Numbered from the stretch's first letter, positions 8,042-18,208 are shown. The stretch: 64,000 bases of DNA from Thermoplasmata archaeon (GCA_028864975.1 JAGWLG010000009.1:32001-96000); one strand, 5' to 3'. Made by a program: numbers and translations. The notes: a model not told the origin generated them from the letters alone.

Positions 8042-10141
8042 CTAGCTTGGGGGGGTCGGGGTCGGCGGGGGCACGGGTGCGGTCGTCGCCACGGCAGGGT
8101 GCTGAGGCAGTGTGAAGCTCCGCCGACCCCCGAAGGGCTTGAAGGGCTTGCCGTTCCCGGTGTAGAACTTGGAGAAGTACTCCACGTACATCAGCCGGGC
8201 CCCTTGGATCCCGGGCTCGAACACTCCGACGACGATGTTGAACACCGCCCCGACAAGGACCAAGACCACGGCCATCACGGCGTAGCCCACTCCGTGCGTG
8301 ATCATCGCGGTCTGTCCGTTCCCCCCCAGGACCGCGATGGAGTTGATGACGTAGGCCAGGATGACCGAGGCGAGGAGGATCCCCACGAGCCGTGCGTACG
8401 AAAGGACGTGGCTCACGATCGAGGGTAGCTCGATCGCTGCCAGACCCCCCTCGGTCAGGATGATCGTCGGGACCATTGCGACCGTGATGGCGATGAGGAC
8501 GTACTGGAACGGCTGGAAGGCGAGCGCGCTCGGACTGGGGTTGTTCGGCGTGATGAGCCAGGAGCCCGGGTAGGGGTGGTGGATGAGGGATAGCCCGAGG
8601 AGGGTGATCCCCCACGCGATCACGATCCAGGCGACCTTTCCGACGGCGTGCCTCGTCTCGTGGTGGAAGAGCTTGTTGAGCGCCCCGAAAACGAGGCCCA
8701 GCGTCACGGTGGCGAGCCCGATGTAGACGGAAAGGAGGAGGAGCTTCGCAATGTACGTGACCTGGCCGGGGAGGCTCCCCTTCCCGGGCCACAGGGCGAA
8801 GTCGAAGTGGTTCCCCGTGAGCTGCGCCAGAGAGAAGCCGAAGTACGCGTCGAACCCGACTCCCACGAAGATCCCGATGAGGCATCCGGGGACGAGGCAC
8901 TTCGCCAGCTGCTTCATCGCCGGAGCGGGCATGACCATCGTCGTGAACCGCACCAGGAACCCCGGTACAAGCGTCGGACCCGCCTTGGGGTTCCCGATCC
9001 GCCAGATCATCCAGAGGCAGACGGCGAGGATAAACGCCGCGTAACCGGCGTCGCCGATCATCAGCCCGAAGAAGAACGGGAAGACCACGGCGAAGACCAT
9101 CGTCGGGTCGATCTCGTCCGCCATCGGGAGCGAGAAGAAGCGGATGAAGAACTCGAAGACGTTCGTCCCCTTCGGGTTCCGCATCATCGTTGGGGCGTCG
9201 CCGGTCGCGGCGATGTCGTAGAGCTCCGTCCGGCCTCCGGTCACGCGCTCAAGCTCCGCGCGGAGACGAGGAACCTCGGGGGTCGGAACGAACCCCTCCA
9301 GGGCGAAAGCGTTCTTCGCGCCCGCGAGGCGGCCGTGGATGTCCGCCTTGCGGGCCTCCACCTGAAGCTGTTCCTCGATCGGGAGGATGGTGGCGTACCA
9401 TTCGTCCGAGATGCGACGAAGGCGCCCCTTCACCGCCGCGAGCTTCCCCTCGACATCGGCGAGCTCCTTCTCCAGACGCGGGACGAGCTCGCGAGGCGTC
9501 CCCTGGAGGTCAGGGGCGGCTGTGAGCCGCACGGAGTGCTTCTGGGCGAGCCGTCCGAACGCGTCCGCCCGCGCGCGCGGGACGGCGACCACGAAGCGGA
9601 CCTGCTTGGGAAGGGCCTCCTCGACGAACAGGACCTCGTGGGAGAGGGCGGCAACCTCCTCCCGGAAGGGCGCATACCGGTCGGTGGGGGACTCGCCGAG
9701 GTAGGAGAGGAGGCTGCGGGCCGTGAGGAGCGAGAGGTCCTCTGGGAAGAAGGCATACTCCCGGGCCAGCCGCAGATTGTCCTGGAGGACCTTGCGCTCT
9801 GTCAGGAGGCCATCCTCCTCGCGCTTCGCGGCGCGGACCTCCTCGTCGATCGTCATCTTGCTGGCCGCGCGCAGGAGCGCGGGGATGTCGGCGAAGTGCA
9901 CCCGCTTCTCGACGCGAACGGGTGGGAGCGCGGCCACGAGGGCCTTGAACCGCAGCAGCTCCTCGGCGAGCTTGCGGTGTTCCTCTCCGGCCCGCTCCGG
10001 GACCAGATGCGCCAACGCCTCCTTGCTGATCGCCTCGACCTGGACTACGCCCCGGTCGTGCAGGAACGAGAGGATCCGGTCCTCGTCGTCCCTCAGGCCC
10101 ACCAGGGCCACGCGAGACATCGGGGTCGGTCGAAGCGACAT
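8042..10141 (-). CDS. atpI: A-type ATP synthase subunit I (a)
   Basis: Start re-called to ATG 10141; EIDPT..F...FPFFFGLMIGDAGY, SHVLSYARL (essential Arg), RL.YVEYFSKFY.G.G..F.PF. Confidence 0.95.
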   Translation of the reverse strand: MSLRPTPMSRVALVGLRDDEDRILSFLHDRGVVQVEAISKEALAHLVPERAGEEHRKLAEELLRFKALVAALPPVRVEKRVHFADIPALLRAASKMTIDEEVRAAKREEDGLLTERKVLQDNLRLAREYAFFPEDLSLLTARSLLSYLGESPTDRYAPFREEVAALSHEVLFVEEALPKQVRFVVAVPRARADAFGRLAQKHSVRLTAAPDLQGTPRELVPRLEKELADVEGKLAAVKGRLRRISDEWYATILPIEEQLQVEARKADIHGRLAGAKNAFALEGFVPTPEVPRLRAELERVTGGRTELYDIAATGDAPTMMRNPKGTNVFEFFIRFFSLPMADEIDPTMVFAVVFPFFFGLMIGDAGYAAFILAVCLWMIWRIGNPKAGPTLVPGFLVRFTTMVMPAPAMKQLAKCLVPGCLIGIFVGVGFDAYFGFSLAQLTGNHFDFALWPGKGSLPGQVTYIAKLLLLSVYIGLATVTLGLVFGALNKLFHHETRHAVGKVAWIVIAWGITLLGLSLIHHPYPGSWLITPNNPSPSALAFQPFQYVLIAITVAMVPTIILTEGGLAAIELPSIVSHVLSYARLVGILLASVILAYVINSIAVLGGNGQTAMITHGVGYAVMAVVLVLVGAVFNIVVGVFEPGIQGARLMYVEYFSKFYTGNGKPFKPFGGRRSFTLPQHPAVATTAPVPPPTPTPPS

Positions 10142-10166
10142 CTTGGATCCCTCGCGATGGGGTCGA

Positions 10167-10619
10167 TCACCGCGCGGGCACGGCGACAGTGGCCTTGGCG
10201 CCGCTTGCGGGGGCCTTCGCGGGTTCGCTCGTGACACGGGGGGTGTTCGGACGGAGGTCAGCGAAGACCGCCGACAGGATCTCGTCCAGCCGGTCCTCCA
10301 GCTCCCTGGCTCCGAACGAGCCCAAACGTCCGACCTCGACCTTCGCTTCTTCGACGATCTTGCGAGCTTCCACCTCGGCCTGGGCCCGGGCCTCGCGGAG
10401 CCGGGACGAACGGATCTCCTCCGCCACGCGTCGGGCGTCGGCCAAGGCCCGGTCCCGGGCAGCTTGGGCGTACTTGATCTTCGTCTCCCCTCGGGAACGG
10501 GCGTCCTCCAGCCTCTTCTGCCAGGTCGACTCGGTCTCCTTCAGTCGTCGGAGGCTCCCCACGGCGGCGGGGGGGACCGTGGAAGTGGTCGCGTGGCCTT
10601 CCTTCTCCTCAGCGCTCAT
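10167..10619 (-). CDS. atpH: A-type ATP synthase subunit H (peripheral stalk)
   Basis: Start re-called to ATG 10619; charged coiled coil (EARAQAEVEARKIVEEAK); precedes I. Confidence 0.75.
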   Translation of the reverse strand: MSAEEKEGHATTSTVPPAAVGSLRRLKETESTWQKRLEDARSRGETKIKYAQAARDRALADARRVAEEIRSSRLREARAQAEVEARKIVEEAKVEVGRLGSFGARELEDRLDEILSAVFADLRPNTPRVTSEPAKAPASGAKATVAVPAR

Positions 10620-10645
10620 GCTTCTCGGCTCGCTCCCTCTCTCAT

Positions 10646-10774
10646 CTAGTGGCTCAGTACGTGGACCAGTACCCCGGCGAAGACGCCCAAGAGCCCCATG
10701 CGGACCAGGGAAAAGGCCCGGCGGACCCTCCAGTAGCGCCACGCTCCCTCGTTCGGGAACTCAAGCGGCGACAT
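10646..10774 (-). CDS. Small single-TM hypothetical protein (42 aa) inside the ATP synthase operon
   Basis: MSPLEFPNEGAWRYWRVRRAFSLVRMGLLGVFAGVLVHVLSH; SD GGAGGTG a few nt upstream of the ATG, inside the atpD 3' end. Confidence 0.65.
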   Translation of the reverse strand: MSPLEFPNEGAWRYWRVRRAFSLVRMGLLGVFAGVLVHVLSH

Positions 10775-11474
10775 CAGCCACCTCCCGGCGGGGACGGGAC
10801 CGGATCTCGCCCGCGCTCCGCTCTTCGGCCGGCGTCTCCGCGATCTCCTTCGCCTCGCGCTCCATCTTCCGCTTGACGCTCTTGAGCATCGCGAACGAGT
10901 CGCGCTCCATCTCATCGAAGCGGAACTTGATGTAACGGACCGTGTTGTTGAGCCTCGGCAGCACGACGTTCTCGATCGCGTTCGCCCTCCGCTTGGTCTT
11001 GTCGATCTCCTGGAGCAGACGGCGCATGGCGTTCTCCTTCTCGGCGACCGCCAGGACGACCTTGTAGATCTCCTGGTACCGGCGCAAGGACTCGTCCACG
11101 CTCGCCGGGAGATGGAGCAGGGCCTGGGCCTCCTTCGGGGAGTAGACCTCGCCCTGGAGCGAGGGGGTCTTGACCCCCATGACGTTGCGGCTCGCGATCT
11201 TCATCGCGGCCAGGGTCGGCAGCATCATCGAGATGTTCTCGAGGCGGATCGGCCCCTCGAACATCTCGGCCTTCCGGATGGCGTCGTAGCCCTCCTCGAA
11301 GCGCCGCCGCAGGTCGCCCCTGAGCTCGAAGGCCTGTTTCGCGATCGTCCGGAACTCGAGGATGAGGGCGGCGCGCTTGAGCTTGAGGAGCTTCAACCCC
11401 TTCCGTGCGAGGACGATCCTTCGCTTCGTGCGGATCAGCTCGATCCGCGTCGGTCGGATCGTTTCGCCTGGCAT
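10761..11474 (-). CDS. atpD: A-type ATP synthase subunit D
   Basis: Start re-called to ATG 11474; PTRIELI..K......G..LLKLKR, N.MGV..P, EI.KTKRR.NAIE.V..P. Confidence 0.95.
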   Translation of the reverse strand: MPGETIRPTRIELIRTKRRIVLARKGLKLLKLKRAALILEFRTIAKQAFELRGDLRRRFEEGYDAIRKAEMFEGPIRLENISMMLPTLAAMKIASRNVMGVKTPSLQGEVYSPKEAQALLHLPASVDESLRRYQEIYKVVLAVAEKENAMRRLLQEIDKTKRRANAIENVVLPRLNNTVRYIKFRFDEMERDSFAMLKSVKRKMEREAKEIAETPAEERSAGEIRSRPRREVADVAA

Positions 11475-11503
11475 GCCCTTCCCTTCGACGTCCGTCCGTC
11501 GGA

Positions 11504-12916
11504 TCAGGCCACCTTGGCCGGGGCGGGTTTGCGGTACTTCTGGATGTACTCGGGCTTGATCTTCTTGAGCTCGCGCTCGGGCAGCTCGGAGAGGACGTCC
11601 CATCCGATGCTGAGGGTCTCCTCGATGCTCCGGTCCTCGTCGTAGCCCTGGTTGATGAAGCGTTTCTCCAGTTTCTCGGCAACCCGTAGGTAGATGCGTC
11701 CCTCGGGGGTGAGCGCCTCCTCTCCCACGATCTGAGAAAGGGCCCTCTGGTCCTTTCCCTCGGCATAGCTCGAGAAGAGCTGGTCCTTGAGCCCGGCGTG
11801 GTCCTCGCGCGTCTTACCCTTGCCGATGCCCAAGCTCATGAGGCGGGAGAGCGAGAGCGACACGTCGATCGGAGGGTAGACGCCCCGTCGGTGCAGGTCG
11901 CGGCCCATCTCGGTCTGACCCTCGGTGATGTAGCCCGTAAGGTCGGGGATGGGATGCGTGCGGTCATCCGCCGGCATGGTCAGGATGGGGAACTGCGTGA
12001 TCGAGCCCTTTCGGCCCTTCATCCTCCCAGCCCGTTCGTAGATCTGGGCCAGGTCCGTGTACATGTATCCCGGATACCCGCGTCGTCCCGGAACCTCCTC
12101 GCGAGCGGCAGAGATCTCCCGAAGAGCCTCGCAGTAGTTCGTCATGTCGGTGAGGACGACCAGGACGTGCATGTCGCGCTCGTAGGCGAGGAACTCCGCG
12201 GTGGTGAGCGCCATGCGTGGCGTGATCACCCGCTCCATCGCGGGGTCGGAGGAGATGTTCAGGAAAACCACCGTTCGCTCGAGCGCACCCGTGCTCTCGA
12301 ACTCCCGTGTGAAGTAGTTCGCCTCCTCGCTCGTGATCCCCATCGCTCCGAAGACGACGGCGAAGTTCTCCGACGAGTTCAACACCTTCGCTTGCCGGAC
12401 GATCTGGGCGGCGACCTGATTATGGGGCATCCCCGCGCCGGAGAAGATCGGGAGCTTCTGGCCCCGGACGAGGGTGTTCATCCCGTCGATGGCGCTGATC
12501 CCCGTCTGGATGAACTCCGAGGGCTGGTCGCGAGAGTAGGGGTTCATCGCGTTCCCGACGATCTCGAACTTCTCCTTCGACACGATCTTGGGGCCGCCAT
12601 CGCGAGGCTGACCGAGTCCGTCGAAGACGCGCCCGAGCATCTCGTCGGAGCAGGCGAGCCGGGCGACATCGCCGGAGAACTTGACCGTGGTCGCGGTATC
12701 GTTCATCCCCAGGGTCGGTCCGAACACTTGGATGATGGCCAGACCACGTCGGGACTCGAGCACCTGGCCCGTACGGGTGACCCCGTCGGGTAGGGTGATC
12801 TCGACGATCTCCCCGTAGGCGGCGTTCGAGACCCCTTCCACGAAGAGGAGGGGCCCCGCGATACGTTCGATCGTTCGGTAGTCTACGGGCACGGGGGGCA
12901 GTGTGGAAGCGCTCAT
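11504..12916 (-). CDS. atpB: A-type ATP synthase subunit B
   Basis: Start re-called to ATG 12916 (ATGA overlap with atpA); [39 protein letters not shown]. Confidence 0.97.
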   Translation of the reverse strand: MSASTLPPVPVDYRTIERIAGPLLFVEGVSNAAYGEIVEITLPDGVTRTGQVLESRRGLAIIQVFGPTLGMNDTATTVKFSGDVARLACSDEMLGRVFDGLGQPRDGGPKIVSKEKFEIVGNAMNPYSRDQPSEFIQTGISAIDGMNTLVRGQKLPIFSGAGMPHNQVAAQIVRQAKVLNSSENFAVVFGAMGITSEEANYFTREFESTGALERTVVFLNISSDPAMERVITPRMALTTAEFLAYERDMHVLVVLTDMTNYCEALREISAAREEVPGRRGYPGYMYTDLAQIYERAGRMKGRKGSITQFPILTMPADDRTHPIPDLTGYITEGQTEMGRDLHRRGVYPPIDVSLSLSRLMSLGIGKGKTREDHAGLKDQLFSSYAEGKDQRALSQIVGEEALTPEGRIYLRVAEKLEKRFINQGYDEDRSIEETLSIGWDVLSELPERELKKIKPEYIQKYRKPAPAKVA

Positions 12917-14679
12917 GACCCGACCTCCTTGACCAGCTGAGAGAGTTGGGCCGACGCCTCCCGTTCGACCGCCTCGATCGCTGCGAGCCCGCCCTTCTCG
13001 CTCGTGGTCTTCATTCGAGCGATGCTCGTTCGAGCGGGGAGCTGGGCGATCTTCCGGACCGGGACGCCCTTGTTGACCGCTTCCACCTCCTTGCGGCCGA
13101 AGTCGAGGATGGTCTTGAGCATCCGATACTGCTTCGCGATCGACGCGTAGGTATCGATGTCGTCGTAGGCGCTTTGCTGAAGGTAGTCCTCTCGGATCAT
13201 CCGGGCGGTGTCGAGGACCGCCTTCTCCTTCTCTTGGAGGGCGTCCTCCCCTACGAGCTGGACGATCTCCTTCAGGGACGCTTCCTTGTCGAGGATCTCG
13301 AGCGCTTCCTTGCGAAGATCGATCCACTCCTTCGAGACCTTCTCGTTGTACCACGGAGCGAGATCGTCGGTGTAGAGGGAATAGCTCGTCAGCCAGTTGA
13401 TCGCTGGATAGTGTCGGCGGCTGGCGAGGTCGAAATCGAGGGCCCAATAGACCCGCGTGGCGCGCAAGGTGTTCTGGGAGACCGGCTCGCTGGTGTCACC
13501 GCCCGGCGGGCTCACCGCACCGATGACGCTGATCGAACCCTGGCGCTCTGGAGCGCCGATGACCACGACCTGACCGGCCCGCTCATAGAACTCCGCCACC
13601 TTTCGGCCCAGGTAGGCCGGGTAGCCCTCCTCCCCGGGCATCTCCTCAAGACGGCCCGAGATCTCTCGCAGCGCCTCGGCCCACCGTGAGGTGGAGTCGG
13701 CCATCAGCGCCACATCGAACCCCATGTCACGATAGTACTCCGCAAGGGTGATCCCCGTGTAGACGCTCGCCTCACGGGCGGCCACGGGCATGTTGGAAGT
13801 GTTGGCGATCAGGATCGTCCGCTCCATGAGCGGGCGCTTGGTCTTAGGGTCCTCGAGGTGGGGGAACTCGGTCAGCACCTCCGTCATCTCGTTGCCGCGC
13901 TCGCCGCAGCCGACGTAGACGACCACGTCGGCCTCGGCCCACTTCGCGAGCTGTTGCTGAGTGACCGTTTTTCCCGTCCCGAAGGCCCCAGGAATACATG
14001 CAGAGCCACCTTTAGCTAGAGGAAATAGCGTGTCGATGACCCTTTGTCCGGTAACTAGCGGTAATCGAGGAGGCAATTTCTTGGAAACTGGGCGGGGAAC
14101 TCGCACCTGCCATTTGTGGGAGAGACCGAGCGGGACGTTCCCTTTCGGGGTGTCGACCGAACCGATGGTCTGACGGATCGTGTACTTTCCGCTCGCCAGC
14201 TCTTTGATGGTGCCGGCAACGGTCGGAGGGACCAGGATGCGGTGCTGGATCAAGGGGGTCTCTTGCACCGTCCCGAGGACGTCCCCGCCGCGGACCGTCT
14301 CCCCGGGCTTCTTCGTGGCGGTGAACTCCCAGACGGTCTTCTCGTCGAGCGGGGTCGTTACGAACCCGCGCTGGATGAAGTCCCCCCCGGCGGCCTTCAG
14401 GACGTCGAGCGGTCGCTGGACCCCGTCGTAGATGGACTTGAGGAGGCCGGGACCCAGTTCGACCGAGAGGGCCTGTCCGGTGTTCTCCACCTTGTCGCCA
14501 GGTCGGATGCCGGTGGTCTCCTCGTAGACCTGGACCGTCGCGTCCCCCTCGACGAGCCGGATGATCTCCCCCACCAGGCCGAGCTCGCCCACGCGCACCA
14601 CATCGAACATGCGGGCGCCCTGAAGACCTTCGGCGATGACGACGGGGCCGGACACTTTGGTGACCACGGGTTCGGTCAT
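12913..14679 (-). CDS. atpA: A-type ATP synthase catalytic subunit A (no intein)
   Basis: 588 aa; P-loop [32 protein letters not shown]. Confidence 0.98.
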   Translation of the reverse strand: MTEPVVTKVSGPVVIAEGLQGARMFDVVRVGELGLVGEIIRLVEGDATVQVYEETTGIRPGDKVENTGQALSVELGPGLLKSIYDGVQRPLDVLKAAGGDFIQRGFVTTPLDEKTVWEFTATKKPGETVRGGDVLGTVQETPLIQHRILVPPTVAGTIKELASGKYTIRQTIGSVDTPKGNVPLGLSHKWQVRVPRPVSKKLPPRLPLVTGQRVIDTLFPLAKGGSACIPGAFGTGKTVTQQQLAKWAEADVVVYVGCGERGNEMTEVLTEFPHLEDPKTKRPLMERTILIANTSNMPVAAREASVYTGITLAEYYRDMGFDVALMADSTSRWAEALREISGRLEEMPGEEGYPAYLGRKVAEFYERAGQVVVIGAPERQGSISVIGAVSPPGGDTSEPVSQNTLRATRVYWALDFDLASRRHYPAINWLTSYSLYTDDLAPWYNEKVSKEWIDLRKEALEILDKEASLKEIVQLVGEDALQEKEKAVLDTARMIREDYLQQSAYDDIDTYASIAKQYRMLKTILDFGRKEVEAVNKGVPVRKIAQLPARTSIARMKTTSEKGGLAAIEAVEREASAQLSQLVKEVGS

Positions 14680-14689
14680 GGACTTTCCA

Positions 14690-15037
14690 TCAAGGAGACG
14701 CGAGCCGGTCGAGGGAGACCCCGAGCACGCGCTTGGTGAGGGAGGCGACGCTCTCCGGCTCCTCTCCAGCCCCGGGGGTGGGGAGGAAAACGACGAGCGG
14801 GTCGATGGATTGCTCGGCCGCCTTCCGGAGGTTCTCGGGAAGCACGTTCTGGATCTTCCGGCTCGCGAGGATCAGGCTGTGCATCCCGGACTCGAAGACC
14901 TTCTGGAAGTCGCGGGAGGCGGAGCGCTCGTCGGTGATGACCGTGTCTCGGACGCCGATCAAACGGAAGCCGATGACGAGCTCCCGTTCTCCGATCACGG
15001 CGGGGGGCTTGCCGCCCGCGGGCTTCTCGGCTGGCAC
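14690..15037 (-). CDS. atpF: A-type ATP synthase subunit F
   Basis: AVIGERELVIGFRLIGV at N-terminus, P.VV.LP and L.KRVLGV at C-terminus. Confidence 0.9.
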   Translation of the reverse strand: MPAEKPAGGKPPAVIGERELVIGFRLIGVRDTVITDERSASRDFQKVFESGMHSLILASRKIQNVLPENLRKAAEQSIDPLVVFLPTPGAGEEPESVASLTKRVLGVSLDRLASP

Positions 15038-15060
15038 GGCGGGGCCCCCGGGCCTCCAGG

Positions 15061-15069
15061 CTATTTATG
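15061..15069 (-). promoter_or_regulatory. Putative TATA box for the atpF-A-B-D-H-I block
   Basis: CATAAATAG on the minus strand, about 25-30 nt upstream of GTG 15037. Confidence 0.5.
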
Positions 15070-15171
15070 CATGGCGCCCTCGATTTACCGATAGCCGGGA
15101 CCGCTGGGCCCGGGGAGCGCGGGGGCTGCTTCAACTAGCGGACCGGGAGAGGAGGATGGACCTCCCCTCCC

Positions 15172-15450
15172 TCACTTGTAGGTCGAGTGGTGGACGTTCC
15201 CTTCGTCGTCCGTGATGTCGATGCACTCGCCTTCGCACTCGAAGAGGCAGGCCTCGCAGACGATGCATTCGGGGCCGTTGACCGCGACGGACTTCTCTCC
15301 TCGGAACCGGAACTTCGCCGCGACCTCGGCGTCGTCCACCATCCCGGGGAACTCCGAGGTCGGTTTGAGCTCGAAGACGTTGACCGGGCAGACATCCCGG
15401 CAGTGGGCGCATCCCGTACACTTTTCGGTCTTGATGTCGACGGTTACCAT
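15172..15450 (-). CDS. Ferredoxin, 2x[4Fe-4S] type
   Basis: CTGCAHCRDVCP and CIVCEACLFEC motifs separated by a long insertion; TATA-like CTAAATAG at 15486-15493. Confidence 0.9.
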   Translation of the reverse strand: MVTVDIKTEKCTGCAHCRDVCPVNVFELKPTSEFPGMVDDAEVAAKFRFRGEKSVAVNGPECIVCEACLFECEGECIDITDDEGNVHHSTYK

Positions 15451-15608
15451 CTTGGCCCCCGAGGGAAACCTCCGACCTGACGGACCTATTTAGGCGTTGT
15501 TGGGGAGAAGCCTCGACGGGAACGCTGTTGTAGGGCGGGTGGGACCACCCACCTCGACCACCTCAGCGCGCGTCCTTATGCGGAGGGCTCCCCTCGAAAG
15601 GTTCCAGC

Positions 15609-17252
15609 ATGCCCTCGGACCCGGACCTCTCCTCGGGCGATCCCCCATCCCGCACCGCGACCGCAGGCTCCTCCTCGCTTCGACGCGCGCTCCAACGACT
15701 GAAGACCGGGCGGTTCGAGGAGCAGATGGCCGCCCTCCAGTTCCTGGGGGAGGGGCCCCCGCTCGGAGACCCCGCCCCAATCCTGGAATCGCTCGCATCC
15801 CCTCGCCCGGCGCTTCGGGTCGCCGCGGCGTGGGTGCTCCGTCGTCATGGGGAGCGGCGCGGCGTCCCGCACCTACTCCCGCTCCTCCACGACCCCGACC
15901 CCAACGTACGGGCCGCAGCGGCGGAAGCGCTCGGGGTCATCTGCGATCCTCAGGCGGTCCCCGCGCTCTCGGAGCTCCTCAAGGACCCGGAGCCCGTGGT
16001 CCGCATCCACGCCGCGTGGGCACTCTGGTGTCTCAACCGTCCCCACGCCCAGGATGCCCTCACAGGCCTTCTTCGCGACCCCGACCCTCAAGTGCGGTAT
16101 AGCGCCGTCACCGCGATGGGGCGCTTCCGTGACCCCAGGGCGTATCCCTTGCTGCTGGAGTCCATCCACGACGCCTCCGACCGGGTCCGACGGGATGCCG
16201 TACTGGCCCTCGGTCACTTGGGGGGGCCGCACACGGCCGAAGACGTTCGGCCCTGCTTGGAGGACGAAGCCGACCGGGTCCGGATCGCGGCGGCCGTCGT
16301 CATGGGCAAGCTCCGCGACCGGGTCTGCGTTCCGACCCTGCTGCGAAGGTACGGGGGCGAGGACGGCTGGGTGCGCCCCTCCTACCTCGTCGCCCTGGGC
16401 CGGATCGGAGACCGTCGGTGCGTGCCGCTCCTCGTCGGAGCCCTGGAAGAGCGGACCCCCTGGACCGTCGTGTGCGCCCTTTGGTCGCTGGGGGAGATGC
16501 GAGTCCGCAAGGTCGCGGGACCTGTCCGAGGGCTCCTCGCCTCCCCCCACCGGACGGTGCGGGGCGCCGCGGCCGAAGCGCTTGGGCGCGTCGGGGGGAA
16601 GCAGGACGTCCCGAGGCTGCTCGCGCTTCTCTCAGACAAGGAGCCCTGGGTCCGGCGCGGGGCCTGCGTCGGGTTGGGCCATCTAAGGTCCCCTCGCGTC
16701 GGCCCCGCCTTGCGGGCCCGTCTGAGCGACGCGGACGCCGAGGTGCGCTCTGCCGCGGTGTGGGCTCTGGGGCACGTTCGGGACCCCGGCTCCGTTACCC
16801 GTCTTCTCCACATGCTCGAGGAGAGCACCCCACAGGAGCCCTCTCCCCTCAGTAAGGGGGCCGCGCCCCCCGGATCGCCTGGGGGTTTGCCTCCGATGGA
16901 AGAGGAGGTCGTGGTCGCCGAAGGCGACGGCGCGGTCCGCCTCCTGAGCGACGCACAGAAAACGCTCCTGGATACGCTCCTGGTGAGCCTGGGGAGATAC
17001 GCTCGACACGCCTCTGCCGGAGAACGGGACCGAGTTGTCCGTGCGTTACGGAGCGCACTGCAGGCGCTGCCGGCGCCCGCCCGAGAACAGAGGCTCGTGC
17101 TGCCGCGCATGGACCGGGTCGCGGGGCGGGAGGCCCCGAGCCGAGAGCAGCTCGCCGACGGCACCCTTCCTGAGGACCCGCCTCGGAAGGACCGCGTCCA
17201 CGCGAAGGGACCTCCGCGTGGCCCGGTGCAGAGGTCAGCTCCGTCGAGGTAG
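15609..17252 (+). CDS. HEAT/PBS-lyase repeat protein
   Basis: About 11 repeats of roughly 31 aa (L.D.D..VR..A..ALG..G) plus a unique C-terminal region. Confidence 0.9.
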   Translation: MPSDPDLSSGDPPSRTATAGSSSLRRALQRLKTGRFEEQMAALQFLGEGPPLGDPAPILESLASPRPALRVAAAWVLRRHGERRGVPHLLPLLHDPDPNVRAAAAEALGVICDPQAVPALSELLKDPEPVVRIHAAWALWCLNRPHAQDALTGLLRDPDPQVRYSAVTAMGRFRDPRAYPLLLESIHDASDRVRRDAVLALGHLGGPHTAEDVRPCLEDEADRVRIAAAVVMGKLRDRVCVPTLLRRYGGEDGWVRPSYLVALGRIGDRRCVPLLVGALEERTPWTVVCALWSLGEMRVRKVAGPVRGLLASPHRTVRGAAAEALGRVGGKQDVPRLLALLSDKEPWVRRGACVGLGHLRSPRVGPALRARLSDADAEVRSAAVWALGHVRDPGSVTRLLHMLEESTPQEPSPLSKGAAPPGSPGGLPPMEEEVVVAEGDGAVRLLSDAQKTLLDTLLVSLGRYARHASAGERDRVVRALRSALQALPAPAREQRLVLPRMDRVAGREAPSREQLADGTLPEDPPRKDRVHAKGPPRGPVQRSAPSR

Positions 17253-17260
17253 GCACCCCT

Positions 17261-18208
17261 GTGATCTATCGTGAACTGCGCCGGACCGACGTCCAGCAGA
17301 TCTCGCACGAGATGCAGCTCAACTTCGGCCAGGAGCTCTCCCTCAAGGGGTGGGATCCCGCGCACTTCGAGGAGATCTTTGAACGGTCGTTCGGTTTCCC
17401 TGCGGGGTGGGTCCTGGCCATCCTTCGCGCGGTCCGACGTCCCCCGGTGCACCTCTTCGTCGCCGAGGAAGGCGGGAAGGTCGTAGGAACGACCTTCCTC
17501 TTCCTTCAGCGCACGCACGGGTACATCGGGGCCGTCATGACCGACCCCGGGTTCCGCGGGAAGGGGATTGCTTCCGAACTGCTCTCCCGGGCGGAGCGAG
17601 CGTGCGCTCGTCGAGGGCGCCGATGGGCGGTCCTGGACGTGCTCACCGACAACCACGTCGCGCGACAGCTCTACGTGAAGCGGGGATACCGCCCGCTTCG
17701 GGTCCAACACTGGCTCTCGAAGCCCCTCGCGCAACGGCGCGAGGCCTTCCGCACCGCCGGGCCGGAGATCCGGGCCATGGAAAAGGCGGACCTGGACCAG
17801 CTGCTCGACCTCTACAGCGCCCAACAGCCTCCCGAGGTGCGGGAGATCCTGGCGCCGGAGCGAGGCCTGCTCTCTCCACCAAGGTACCTCCAGTCGTTGA
17901 TGTCGGCCACGTCCGCCGCATGGTGTACGGGCGCCCTCGGGAACCCTTCGGGGTACGCCCGAGCGACCTTCACCACTCCCCGAGAGGCGGGCAACCTCGG
18001 AGCTCCGCTCTTCGCCGACCGGGCGAGCGCGGTGGAGAAGGAGGAGCTCCTGGAGACCGCGTTGGGATGGCTCGCGGCGAGCGGCGCCAGCAGCGTGGTC
18101 TGCGAGGTACCTGCGTACCAGGGCGCGGTCCTCCAGATGCTCCAGGACACCGGGTTCGAGGAACGATGGACCATGGACACGCTCGCGCTCGAGGTCAACG
18201 GCAGGTGA
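17261..18208 (+). CDS. Tandem-domain GNAT acetyltransferase
   Basis: IGAVMTDPGFRGKGIASELL (acetyl-CoA motif A), N..ARQLY.KRGY; second degenerate GNAT domain. Confidence 0.85.
   Translation: MIYRELRRTDVQQISHEMQLNFGQELSLKGWDPAHFEEIFERSFGFPAGWVLAILRAVRRPPVHLFVAEEGGKVVGTTFLFLQRTHGYIGAVMTDPGFRGKGIASELLSRAERACARRGRRWAVLDVLTDNHVARQLYVKRGYRPLRVQHWLSKPLAQRREAFRTAGPEIRAMEKADLDQLLDLYSAQQPPEVREILAPERGLLSPPRYLQSLMSATSAAWCTGALGNPSGYARATFTTPREAGNLGAPLFADRASAVEKEELLETALGWLAASGASSVVCEVPAYQGAVLQMLQDTGFEERWTMDTLALEVNGR

Noticed and set aside
8648-10234. Long antisense ORFs (also 11798-12793, 16382-18235, 27780-28901, 51841-54228, 55297-57033)
   Set aside because: Shadow frames of strongly GC3-biased genes; no domain motifs
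12913-14679. Intein in AtpA (also checked at the GyrA catalytic Tyr)
   Set aside because: Both proteins are uninterrupted at the known sites (GK-TVT, RY-TE); GyrA shows no AT-rich patch there
15038-15171. Inverted repeats marking the ATP synthase inversion breakpoints (compared with 4082-4267)
   Set aside because: Only a weak AGGTCC-centred resemblance, not distinguishable from chance
15609-17252. HEAT protein as a deoxyhypusine hydroxylase (tempting because of the nearby EarP-like gene)
   Set aside because: The repeats lack the His-Glu (RHE) iron ligands of DOHH; they read VRAAA, VRIHA, VRYSA and similar
17407-18204. N-terminal 266 aa of the 730-aa ORF
   Set aside because: Out-of-frame overlap with the GNAT gene; the real start is GTG 18205
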